DNA of 64,000 nt. Origin: Proteromonas lacertae (taxonomy: Eukaryota). This document shows positions 40,795-53,721 of the stretch, piece after piece. The translations under genes were made by a program, and so were the position numbers. Position 1 is the first letter of the stretch; each line of letters opens with the position of its first letter. The DNA is taken from the NCBI GenBank assembly GCA_002245135.1, contig NGBS01000315.1:62001-126000 (forward strand). The letters are read 5' to 3'. The notes under the pieces are model-generated. The model was not told the DNA's origin, searched no databases, and saw nothing but the letters and a program-made list of their open reading frames with translations.

Positions 40795-41344
40795 TCTTCA
40801 ATTACTTCTCACTAAAGTCTCAAAGTCTTCATCACTTTCATACATTGAGCTTAACAAATAATTCTAAAAATTCATTCATACTTATTAATCCAGGGTTTCA
40901 TTGTATATCGAAAATGATTAATAAACTGATTTAATGCTTGATCTTGTGCAATTTTAACTTCTATTATAGTTTGCCATTGTTTTCACAATCTAACATGTGG
41001 AATATCTCCTTTACTACATTATATCGATTTTCTTGCATTGGAAGAACTAACGCTTCAATAAATTCATTCAACGATATTGTACCATCAGCTTCTCGCTTAA
41101 ATCCATTCATCAATATATCTACTTCATATCTCTCAAATTTCATTCCTACGTCTATTAATGCGAATTGTATGTGATCCAATTGTAATCTGTCTCTGTGATA
41201 TTTATCTATTACTTCTAATGCACGACACAAGCATCTACCACCTCTATCACTTCTATCGTAAGCTGCTTTTCTTATCATCTTCAACATTGTTTCAGGATCC
41301 ATCGGAATATATTCTTTTACACGTTTTGCTGGTTTTTCCGCCAC
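40795..41344 (-). pseudogene. Calcyphosin-like EF-hand gene relic
   Basis: RGGRCLCRALEVID..DGTISLNEFIEALVLPMQENRYNVVKEIFHMLD matches the calcyphosin layout. A broken C-terminal piece (GLISMNEFLE..SSMYESDEDFETLVRS) follows after stops and frameshifts; no ATG at the ORF start. Confidence 0.65.
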
Positions 41345-41803
41345 ACGGGGAACAACAATGATAATGGTAATACTAAAGTGGATTTTGCTTTTGTTGAAGG
41401 AATCAAAAATGTTGTTATCGAAGATTTAATAAGAAATGAGTTGAAAGAGTGGGTAATGTGGTTAAAAAAAGCGATGAAAAATGTATGATGATATGGATAT
41501 AATTAATATTGACTAGCACTGCTAATAAAGTTCTTAAAAGATATATCATTCTAATACATTTCTTAAATATTATACTCAAAATATTATTTTATTAAATTAG
41601 ATTTCGATTATGATTAAACATAAATAATAACTACATAGAAAGATAGAGAAAAAAAAAACAAATCAATTGATATATTTATTATACATTCAAAATAACCCTA
41701 ATCCTAACCATAATACTTACAAAAATACAAGCGTTTCATGATTTGACTTGAGTCATTTTTTTATTTTTTTTTTTTAGTAATAAGATGGTGAATGTATGGT
41801 GTT

Positions 41804-42335
41804 GTCCCGCGATAAAGAAATCTGCGCGATAAAGGAGTTATAAACTTTCCTTTTAAACTATATTATAGTTATTATATATACTACATATCCTTTACATACC
41901 ATATGTTATTAAGCTACATCTGCGATATATATTTTTTTGAACTTTATCCCAACATATTGAAACAATTATAATTCTATTTTTAATTTTTTTGCTTCAATCA
42001 CTACTAGAGTTAAAAATACATTAGTTTAAACAATTAAATCACACATATTTAGATGTTAAGACACTTAAAAACGAAAAAATAAAAAATCTATTCAAGCCTC
42101 ATTCAAGCTTGTTTTTTCGAAATAAATTTTAAGCAGGTAAATGCAATAAGTAGGTATTCCTTTTCTATTTAAAACCTTTATCCCGATGTCTACTATTGTT
42201 ATAAGCTTTTAAAATTCTGTAATATTATCATTAGAACAGTTGATTTATGAATTTTCTGTTGTAATAATATCTTGTTATTCTTATTTTCCTATTCAAAGTG
42301 TTTAATCAAATTATAGAGGAAGTAAAAAAGAAAAT
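41804..42335. repeat. Right arm of the long imperfect inverted repeat
   Basis: Reverse complement of the two blocks in 33424-33978, in nested order. Confidence 0.8.
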
Positions 42336-43729
42336 CTATTTAGAAAGGAATATTGATCTATTTAGAAGTATGTAAAAATCCAACATCAATGTATACATAT
42401 CAAAGATTATTGATTCAAGTGATTAATATACTAATATATTATATGGTAACGGAATAACAATGGCGTTTATAAGGGATTATGATAAACATCAGGAAAAGAA
42501 ACAAATTGTACAAACTCACACTGTGTATTCCTAGTATATCCTTGTAGAATAAGATCTTATTTAAGTAATGTTGGTTTAAAATCAATAGATCAATTTTAGA
42601 AATGTGATAGAGATATATTAAAAATAGTTTTTTTATTGTTTAGCTGCTTTAGGATATTTTTCAATAATTATATCTAACAGCAACATTATTTCTAATTTAT
42701 TCTATTTTATTGAAACAATTCAAACATTTCAAACAATTCTAGGAAATTAGCAAAAACAAATAGTCAGAATCAGAGATTATTAAGTGAATATTATTGTAGT
42801 AAAGAAGATTTTAAAGAAGCAAGTTTATTAAGCTGCATTTGTATATATATTTATGATATTTTTAAAACAATCTGTGGTATGAGAATTAGATGATTATTAT
42901 TAAACATTGGCTTGTCATCAATATAGATAATACATTGTATCAATCAATTGATTAATTGATCAATTGTATCAAGAATGGAGAGTTGGTTAAAGCAGAGATA
43001 GGTTATACTTGGTGTTATACAAGAATGTATCAAAGACTTAGTCATCCTTATCATCTATTGTATGTTGTTTGGGAAAACTCGGAGAAGTCAATTAGAGATT
43101 AAGGATTAATTTACAAAGACCACGTAGGAGGAATCTTGTAGGAACCATACCTAAATGTGACAATGGCACGTTGTGGCAGAGTCCCATTTATATACTATAT
43201 ATACAAGTGAAGCATACACTAATTAATCAACTAAATTTAGATAATGTCCAATTAATACCTTTTACAAATCATATTTATTAATTCAAATTTTTAATTTCAT
43301 TTTCTTTTTCTACCACATTGGATATATTAACTGTTTTCAATTCTCATATATACTATTTATTAGACTAATCTAAGATATTGTGGTAATTATTTCATTCTTT
43401 CTATTCTTTCAAATTGTTTATTTGGTGATGATGAAAGGTAGAGTATCATAACACCTAAACAAAAAAAATAACTGAAAATTTGTTAAAAAAAATAACTTTG
43501 TATTCTTTTCCTTCCATATTAACAATATCAAATGCACTCAGTATAATATTATTTAAATCAAGTAATATACATACAATTTCACTAAGTTTATCAAAATGCA
43601 ATAACTGAACATAACTCAATTTTTTTGATATTTATAAGTAAAGAAATATACTGAACATTTGAATTCTATTTTCTTCTTTTTCTTCTATCCCTAACTAGCT
43701 ATATCTAGTTGTTTATAATTGTAGGACAT

Positions 43730-46700
43730 ATGGATGTTGAAGTAGATACGATATTGAAGTGTGATTATGCTGGTGAACGAATTTATCGTGATGTAAGGTA
43801 TTTAAATAATCCTTTTTTTATTAAAAGAGAATGTTATACAAAAATTTACAATAAAATAAAGGAATATATGGCATTAAAACATGGAATCCAAAAGAATTTC
43901 CTAGTTTATGGTAATAGTGGTATAGGTAAAACATGTTTTTGCTTATATTTATGTAAAGAACTTCAGTATTTCAATGATGTTCAAGTAATATTCAGAAATT
44001 CTACTTACACATATTATTACAAAAGAGTAGGTGAGAATAGGTATAATGATGATGGAAATCTCCCAGAAAGACAGGTAAAAAACAATAATCAAAAATCAAT
44101 AATAATATGTGATAATATTCCAATTTCAGAAGATGAGTATAGTGAAGATGATGTGGTTATACTGGTTACTGGTATGAAGCTGAAAAAATATAAAGTAATG
44201 CGTAGCAAGAGAGCTCCAATTCAATTCTGCCTTTTACCTTTCAATAATATAGAAATTGAATTATATAAAGATTTTTTAGTAAATAGTAATACAATGATAA
44301 TTGATCCTAATTATAAAGAAAAATATGGAGGAATTCCTGTTTTTTTTGACATCAATCTTGATGAAATAATTGATGAATATAAAATGATTGATGTTTATGG
44401 TGGTATTGCTGCTAAATATAATGAATATATATATATTTATGATGTTAAGAATGAGTTTGAAATTCCTCAGAAATTGAAATTTATCTCAAATTATATTGAA
44501 GAAATGGTATCAAAGAAAGTAATTATAGATGAAAACAATTATAATATTTATCTTGCTCTTTTAACAGAAAAAATCGAAGGAAAAAATGAGAAAATAGGTT
44601 CAGAAGGTGGATGGTATTATCAACATTTGGTATTATATCTGAAATCTTGTAATATTGAATCAAAAATAACTGAAGAATCACAATTGGATGGAATAGATAG
44701 AAGAAATTTACCATTATTCATTAATTGTTCATTTCAATCTAATTTTCCATGTGTCGATGCAATAGAGATTAATAGAAAGTGTATAAATGGAATACAAGTA
44801 ACTGTATCTGACCAACATAGCATTAAAGAATCTGTAAGTATTTTATTCAATGTGATATTTAAAGAAACATATAGAAAGAGAAAAGAAATCATCATAGCAA
44901 TGTTTCAGAATAGAGAAATAGATGAACTTTCTGAAACTCTTTATTATTTAGGAGTATATTAATTATCTAGTTTTTTATATTTATATAGTATACACCATCT
45001 TCAATGATAGATCAAGCATTAAATATCCATATGAATAAAGTAAATGAATATATACAAACTGAGTCAGAATTAAGATTTGGATTTAAAATACTTTTTTTAT
45101 TTGAATTATTCACAGATGCTAGTACAAATATTGATAATTGTGTAATAAGAATTATCAAATCAATAACAATAGAAAATATGAATAAAATCTTTGATAAAGA
45201 TGAATTAGTAGATATTATCAAAGATATTACAGTTGTAGCTGTTGAATTGAAAATTATCAATACTTACTATAATAAAGAAGAATTACAAGCATTAAAACAG
45301 ATTAAAGCAAAGTGGGAAGATCCTGGAGTTAATAAAGTTAATATTACCCCAAAAGATAAAAAAAAAATATCCAAAGAAATATTAGAATTTGAAGATAATA
45401 AAACAAAATGGGAAGAATATCAAAAAATAATAAACAGAAAACCATTTGAAAATTATGAGAATAATAATGTTAAAATTATAATAAAAAAGAAAGTAGAGAA
45501 ATTAATATTTGATGCAAAAGATTATGCTTATGACTGTTTTATTCAGAATGAAATAGATAATGATATACATAAAAAAGGAAGGTCAAATATAAAAGGAAGA
45601 AATATAATGAAAAAGAATAAGGATATTATTACAAAAATAATAAAAGAAGAAGTTCAAAAGGTGGAAAGTGATGATGAGTTAATTAATAAATACCTTAATG
45701 AAGATTATAATCCCAGATTTGTAATTACAATGATAAGTCATAAATATGATGTGGCAATGAATATAGAAGATAGTTTTGAATTTAGTCAATATGGTGAAAA
45801 TTTAAAAGGAAAAATGTCAAAATACATAGAATATATTTATCCATCATATAATTCATTTGAAGATGTAATAAAAGTGAGAATAATGACAAACAAATTCAAA
45901 AGAGTGGAACAAGCTAATGAAATTATATCATATATCGAATTAGAGAGAAGAAGAATAAACGATCTGACATTAAATGTTGGTAATATATATTATGAAGATG
46001 ATAAGAAGAAAAAACTTGAATTAAATGAAGAAGAGTTAGGTATAACGAATGATTTGATAGAAGAATTAAAAAGTAATCAAAAAATGAAAAGGTTTTTGGA
46101 TTCTAATTTTATATATTTAAATCCATCAAATATGATATGTAGATCATATAAAGAAGGTTTAGATAAGTTAAATGTGATTTTAAGTAATTATATTTCTCCA
46201 ACAACATTTTATACAAAAGATGGACAAAGAAGAAACTATTGTGATTGTAGAAAGGATAATACAAAACCAATTCTAAATCCATATTTATTGATTGAATTAA
46301 AAAATGAAAATAATATAAATATTACCATTAGAGATGAATTGGATTCTGATAATTTTGCATATGATAATTTGTGTGGCTTAATTTTAAAAGCAAAAGATTA
46401 TAAAGATGAAGTTTATAATGTTAAAGAAATTTTAACTTGTCCATATTGTTATGAGAATAATATAACGATAATTCCAAGAGAATGTGAATATATAAATGAT
46501 TTTGACAATAGAAAATCATTCTATTGTTATTATTGTAAAATGAATGTATCATGCATACCTAAATTAGATGCTAAAGGTAAAACCGAATTGAGATATGTAG
46601 AAGGTGGTATTAATATATTATATAATAATGAACTGAAAGAAAGTTATAAATACCATGATGATGCTCCTACTCCTCCTCCTCACAATGCTACATCATCTTT

Positions 46701-49246
46701 TTCCTCTACTGACGATGAAATTGAAACTGAAGATAGTAAAAAAGAAGATGCTAATGATTATTTTTCTGTTCCATTTTCATACTCTACTGATACAGCAATG
46801 GAAAATAAAGATAATAATAATAATGCAATTACTGATTCTCTTAAAAGAAAGTGGAAAGGAACAGATGTGGAGAAGGGGACAAAGAAAAGTAAGTATGATA
46901 ATAATAGATACGAAGCTTTTGCTCCTCTTCCTCCTTCTGATAATGCTTCTAGTAAAATGGAAAGTGAAAATGATGAAGATGATTATGAAAAGTATTTTTC
47001 TAGGAGTAACTCTGCTAGAGTCTATCCTCCAAATAAGAAAATTAAAACTACTTACAATTTTTTTCAAACATTACAACTAAAACCACCACCATTCAAGAGA
47101 AATAGTATATAAATTTATATATAATAAAATAGGTTTTGATTATTTGCAATATATATTTAGTAGTCAACAACCCCCAAAATTTATGTATAATGAAACGTTG
47201 ATAAAGCTTGATGAGAGTATAAAAATATTTCAATATCCAATGAAAAAGATATTAGTAAGAGATTATTATCCACTCTTTTGGAAAAGAATAGAATATAATA
47301 TAATTCTTAATTATTTTAATGTTTTTAATAATGATGAAGAAAAATTAAAAGAATTATTGAATTATTTAGATGTAGATGTTCATCCTTTAGATAATATTAA
47401 AAATATTGTTGAAAGAGAGAAAGAAAGATTAAAAAGAATTATCAAATTTGAACCTACTAATATTAATGTTAAAAGTTACTATTTATTAAGAGGTCAACCA
47501 GGATGTGGAAAATCCACCTTTTTAATTTATTTTATTTTAAAATTTATCCAAATGAAGGAAAAATTAGGTATTAATTTAGGTTTGACATATTTCAAAAGTA
47601 CAAAGAAAGAAGATGGAAATCTGAATTATCCTGCTAGATATTGTTTGAATGGATGTAATTTAAAAGAAGGTGGAAAAACTGAAAATATAGTAATATGTGA
47701 TTCATATAATATTGATTATGAAACCGTATCAGAGGGTAGGATAATTATTAATGTCAGTTCTCCAGATAATAAAAACTATTCTTATATGAAAGAATTTGAA
47801 CATCATAATAAAGTCTATTTCTATTTAGATATTTGTAATAAAAAAGAGATAGATATATGGAAAGAAAATTGTTTACCTGCTGAATTAGGAAATGCAATTG
47901 ATAATGATCTTATTTCTTTATACAATCGAGTACCAAGACATTTATATTTTGCAGCAATATATAAAGCATATTATATAACAGAAGATAAACCAAATGGAAG
48001 AAATTATTGGGATGAAATATATACAAATTGTATTAAAACAACTGTGAATACCCTTGGTTATTATGATTTTATAAAGAAATATCTTTTTCCATGTGAAAGA
48101 GATAATGAAACAAAAAACTTGGAAAATGATATTGTGGTTGATATAGAGAAAGAAAAATTTATTGTTGATAGATTAGATACAGATTTATCACATTATGTTG
48201 TAAAATACAAAGTATTAGATTATGATTCAATTGATAGACTTCAATTAGAATATATATCTGATGAAGTATTTAAATATCTATATTTATGTACAAGTCACAG
48301 ATACACTGAAAAAGAATTTAAAAATATAATGGATTATTTTATATCTGTAATAAGAACAAATGAAAATCATCCACTATATAAACTATTATTCAGAGAATTG
48401 GTGTGGTATTCAATTACGAATAATGTAGAGTGGGATAATAAAGTCATAAAGTTTAATAATATTCAGATGAATGTATTAGATAAATATTTCCGAAATACTA
48501 CAACATCAATAGGATGTGGAGAAGGTTATTATATTGGTCAATTTGATATTGGTAAAAATTATGATATTTGTTATATTGTTAATAATGTTGTTGTACTTCC
48601 ATTTTCGCATGATGTAAATAAAATAATGAATGATAAAGAATTTATAAAGTATTTTGAGGATTATTCAAAAGATATTAATTGGCATATATATCCAGTAATA
48701 ATTAAAATTGAAGATATACAGAATGGTAAGCAGTATGTAAATGATAATGAGTATGTTAAATTAACTGTACAACTGCCTAAACAATATGTAATAGATCAAT
48801 CATTTAACTTTCTTTACACTATTGAAGGGTTTAAAGAATGGATTGATGCTTATGAAAGAAGTGTTATATACAATATTATAGATCAAAATAATGATTTAAG
48901 ACAAATTATTTATTGTTTGTTAAGTTTATATTGTACAGAATCATGTGAATCGTTTTGTTTGGCTCATTATCAATCTAATAAAGAGAAATTCGTGGATGAA
49001 ATTACCCATAATTCATACGATATGAATGTATTACCAGCTTATATATTGGTTATAATTTATAAAGAAGAAGGTGATTATCTAGAAAGATATGTAAATTTTA
49101 AAGGTAAGTTGCAATATAGTCTATTTGGATATATTAAAAATACTGAAAAAGGTTATGTAATTATAAATAATTTTGGTAAAGAAGTAAAACAGATTAAAGA
49201 TGAAAAAATATATATGCTATTATATAAGTATGAAGAATCAAACTGA
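43730..49246 (+). CDS. Crinkler/RHS-like double-NTPase gene C (about 1817 aa), apparently intact
   Basis: Three ORFs join in frame through introns 44954-44988 and 47105-47132 with no correction. Motifs GNSGIGKT, YGGIP, NFPCVDA..IQVTVS..H, CPYC/CYYC in the linker, GQPGCGKS and YNRVPRH. An additional upstream exon is possible. Confidence 0.85.
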
Positions 49247-49398
49247 AATTGATTGTTGAGGATTATTACTTATTATTATTAAAATGTTTAGAGTAATACT
49301 TATAATATATTACTCATATACTTCTTTTGTTGGGATTCTTTTGTTTAGAGCCATATCCTCCTTTCTGTCCTTTCTTCTCTCGTCTCACCTGTACGTAA

Positions 49399-49750
49399 AT
49401 CTAATTTAGTAAGAACAGTTGCATTTATTACAGCTCCAAAGAATTATCGAAATACAATAATCTCAATTACATCTAATATCTTAAAATCTGATGCTTTTGA
49501 AAATGATTTACATTCTTCTTCACCTGATATAGCTTATTCCTCTGTAATTGTCAGACAAACTGATATTTATGAATAACCACAAACCAGATCAGCTGCTAGT
49601 AAGATTGGAGAAGCAATTGGCATTTCTTTTGGTGTAGTTATTGGTACTTTGATTATAATTAGTTTAGTTGGTTATACAATAATCAACAGAAGAGAACTTG
49701 TTGTAAAGACATCTCACCAAGAAAGATCTTCATTAAAAGCAACTAATTAA
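49399..49750 (+). pseudogene. Duplicated 3' fragment (TM region) of the Ig-like membrane protein gene
   Basis: Reverse complement of 52560-52911, with the same in-frame TAA after RQTDIYE. Confidence 0.8.
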
Positions 49751-50005
49751 AAGTTGTTTGGTTATTGGACTATCTGGCTATAAATTTGCCATTGAGAGAA
49801 ATTATGTGTGTTGAATTAGGTTTAATATTAATCATGAGAGTAAAATTAAGATAAATCTTTCTATGAATTGATATTAACCTTCTTTATAATTAATCTTTAC
49901 TAATTAATTTTCGATTGATTTTAATTCAATTTGTTTATGTTATTTTATTGTTTCTATACCTGTTCTGCATCATAATAAAAGGAAAGAAAAAAGAAAAAGA
50001 ATAAA

Positions 50006-50124
50006 AAGAATCGTTACTATGACTTCGCACAGAGTCCCCCACTGTACTACTATCATAGCTCGTACAATCTTAACTTCGCAGTTCTGATGGGATGCGGTGC
50101 TTTATTGTAGATATGAACGATTCT
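50006..50124 (-). rRNA. 5S rRNA
   Basis: Reverse complement of 25658-25776. Confidence 0.93.
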
Positions 50125-52185
50125 GATTAATTTTTCACTCATTTTTCTGATATATCACTCTCTCTTTTATTATTTCTTATAAACAATTAATATCATACTA
50201 ATAATGTTATAATAAAAGGAGATATACTATATATCAATCTATTCATGTTATTATATTATTATCTATGCTTAATGATGATTTAAAGAGAAAAAATGAAAAA
50301 TGATGAAAGAAACGGCTAAATATTTATAAATATAAAACTATTTTTGTGAAATTGATGTGTAAATGATATATTATGGTGAATATAAGTGTATGATGCTGAA
50401 GTATGATAATAATTGTATTTATATAGATAAAATAGATGAGGAAAGAGACAGATTTCAAATCTATTTGAAACTTGAACAATATGATGGTGTTATAAAGATG
50501 TAGAAAATAGTATAAATTTAAAAATGATGTGATTGAGCATAATTGTGATGATTTGTATAAATTGTGAATTTGTGTAAGATAAAATGAGTTTAAAGAAATA
50601 AAGATGTGATATTTGATTAATTTGAATGTTATTATTCCGATTATTTATATGATGATGTAAGATAAGTGAATATAGAAAAAGTGATTAACAATAGTCTTGA
50701 TTTGAAAGTTTCAAATATCTTAATATCTAAGAAGATGTAGTAGATTATTTGAGGATGATATTATCTCTAGATTTGTATATATTGAAAAATAAAAGTTATT
50801 ATTTGATGAATTATTATTGTGATATTTTTATGTGAAATAGAAGTGTGATAATTTTGTATTTAAATGAAATACTCAATTGAAAGATTAATAGAAATGGTTA
50901 TTGTTAATATTATAATATGATTTTATGTTTTATGATGATGGTTAAAAAGGAGGAGAAAGAAGAATAGAATGAAAGAAGTAGTTGATATAAATAATCCTTA
51001 CAGAATTGCCATTGAAATTAGTTTGAATAATATTTAATATAAGTTATGTAAGTGATTAGTATATATATGGAAATTGGATTATGATTGGAATATTTTATAT
51101 TTATGATAGAGAATGATGAGAGAAAAGTTTTATTCATTATTATAATTTATTTATTTTATATTATTAATATTTTATGTGTGTTGTATATTTGTATAGAAAC
51201 AATTAATCTTTCATTATTCTTCTATTACAATATTTTTACATCTTACACACAAGAAAACAATACTAACAAATATACAATGAAGGTTTAATAGAGTTTTATT
51301 TAATTAATTGTTTAAAATATGTAATTCAATTATCTTCATACTATTTTTTTCTTCCTCCTCCTTTTTAACCATCATCATAAAACATAAAATCATATTATAA
51401 TATTAACAATAACCATTTCTATTAATCTTTCAATTGAGTATTTCATTTAAATACAAAATTATCACACTTCTATTTCACATAAAAATATCACAATAATAAT
51501 TCATCAAATAATAACTTTTATTTTTCAATATATACAAATCTAGAGATAATATCATCCTCAAATAATCTACTACATCTTCTTAGATATTAAGATATTTGAA
51601 ACTTTCAAATCAAGACTATTGTTAATCACTTTTTCTATATTCACTTATCTTACATCATCATATAAATAATCGGAATAATAACATTCAAATTAATCAAATA
51701 TCACATCTTTATTTCTTTAAACTCATTTTATCTTACACAAATTCACAATTTATACAAATCATCACAATTATGCTCAATCACATCATTTTTAAATTTAAAC
51801 TATTTTCTACATCTTTATAACACCATCAGGTTGTTCCATTCTGAAAAGGATGTGCAATCCAGTTATTTCCTCATTTATTTTATCTATATAAATACAATTA
51901 TTATCATACTTCAGCATCATACACTTATATTCACCATAATATATCATTTACACATCAATTTCACAAAAATAGTTTTATATTTATAAATATTTAGCCGTTT
52001 CTTTCATCATTTTTCATTTTTTCTCTTTAAATCATCATTAAGCATAGATAATAATATAATAACATGAATAGATTGATATATAGTATATTTCCTTTTATTA
52101 TAACATTATTAGTATGATATTAATTGTTTATAAGAAATAATAAAAGAGAGAGTGATATATCAGAAAAATGAGTGAAAAATTAATC

Positions 52186-52304
52186 AGAATCGTTCATATC
52201 TACAATAAAGCACCGCATCCCATCAGAACTGCGAAGTTAAGATTGTACGAGCTATGATAGTAGTACAGTGGGGGACTCTGTGCGAAGTCATAGTAACGAT
52301 TCTT
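52186..52304 (+). rRNA. 5S rRNA
   Basis: Same sequence as 25658-25776, followed by oligo-T. Confidence 0.93.
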
Positions 52305-52559
52305 TTTATTCTTTTTCTTTTTTCTTTCCTTTTATTATGATGCAGAACAGGTATAGAAACAATAAAATAACACAAACAAATAGAATTAAAATCAATCGAA
52401 AATTAATTTGTGTAGATTTATTAAAGAAAAGATTAGAATCAATTGGTAGAAAGATTTATCTTAATTTTACTCTCATGATTAATATTAAACCTAATTCAAC
52501 ACACATAATTTCTCTCAATGGCAAATTTATAGCCAGATAGTCCAATAACCAAACAACTT

Positions 52560-53710
52560 TTAATTAGTTGCTTTTAATGAAGATCTTTCTTGGTGAGATG
52601 TCTTTACAACAAGTTCTCTTCTGTTGATTATTGTATAACCAACTAAACTAATTATAATCAAAGTACCAATAACTACACCAAAAGAAATGCCAATTGCTTC
52701 TCCAATCTTACTAGCAGCTGATCTGGTTTGTGGTTATTCATAAATATCAGTTTGTCTGACAATTACAGAGGAATAAGCTATATCAGGTGAAGAAGAATGT
52801 AAATCATTTTCAAAAGCATCAGATTTTAAGATATTAGATGTAATTGAGATTATTGTATTTCGATAATTCTTTGGAGCTGTAATAAATGCAACTGTTCTTA
52901 CTAAATTAGATGTCATATCCATATTAGCTGTATATCAATCTAATCTTACATTCGTTCTATCAACATCAAATGAAACTGCACTTCTTAAATGAGTTATTAA
53001 TAGATTTCTAATTATCACAAATGCTTGAGGATTTACTGCTTGACCAGATACACCAGTTGTATAATCGATTTCTATCTTAGTAATTATTCTTCCACTTACT
53101 AATGGAGGATCTTCTACATATTCTCTACAATCTGTATCATCTACAGCTTGCCATTTTGGATTTAAGTAATTATCACCTCTACATTGTCTTTGAAGAATAC
53201 CTGTCTTACCATCTTTACATAGTATATAAGCAGAAGTTGCTGGCCATTCGCCATTAGCTGGACATGTACTGGAAATGATTTGAAGATAAACATTTGTATA
53301 ATAAATCATTAAGATTTATAATGTTTCTTTCATTAATTCGGATGGTCTTCCACTGAATTTACCTTCACTGAATGTTATACCAGCTGGTAAAGTAGGATAA
53401 CCAGGTAATATTCATTCTAATACATTATATTTTATATTTGGTGTTAAATCTTCTTCTCCCCAAACTGGTTTACAATCTGATACTGTACATGTTCTATAGG
53501 AATAACCCATATAACCTTCACTACAAGCTATTTGACCTCTTTCACCTACATTCGTTGCTGGATAACCATTATCTACACTACATGTTGATGCAATTACTTC
53601 CAATTGGATTGTATATGTCTTTGTTGTTTGATCTCTTGCAGCTATACCAGTTATTGTGTAAGTCATTAATTCTCTTCTTACTGTAGGAGTTCCTGTTATT
53701 GTACCAATCT
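52560..53710 (-). pseudogene. 5'-truncated type-I membrane protein with Ig-like (He_PIG-type) and Cys-rich modules
   Basis: TITGTPT, PTLPAGITF..GKFSGRP, CPANGEWPAT..C..G.LQRQC..W..C and TM segment IGISFGVVIGTLIIISLVGYTII; in-frame stops and breaks; cut 5' by the repeat at 53722. Confidence 0.65.
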
Positions 53711-53721
53711 TATTTACATAT

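Larger units (their letters stand above)
49399..52911. repeat. Large inverted repeat: arms about 49399-50955 and 51354-52911, spacer about 400 bp
   Basis: Arms are near-identical reverse complements; each has a 5S gene and the 3' end of the Ig-like gene. Confidence 0.93.

Noticed and set aside
41693..41714. TAACCCTAATCCTAACCATAA, a telomere-like remnant
   Set aside because: Only about three degenerate units in AT-rich DNA; too weak to call.
42360..43200. Possible decayed coding sequence
   Set aside because: Short protein-like frames interrupted by stops; no recognisable homology by eye.
18772..49246. Interpreting the NTPases as viral packaging ATPases, Helitron or Polinton genes
   Set aside because: No capsid, polymerase, integrase, HUH or helicase motifs were recognised; the RxCY/SSP/GxPR/NFPxxD-QxT pattern fits CR/RHS better.
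52268..52540. ORFs overlapping the 5S genes (also 25672-25875)
   Set aside because: They overlap rRNA sequence and are spurious.
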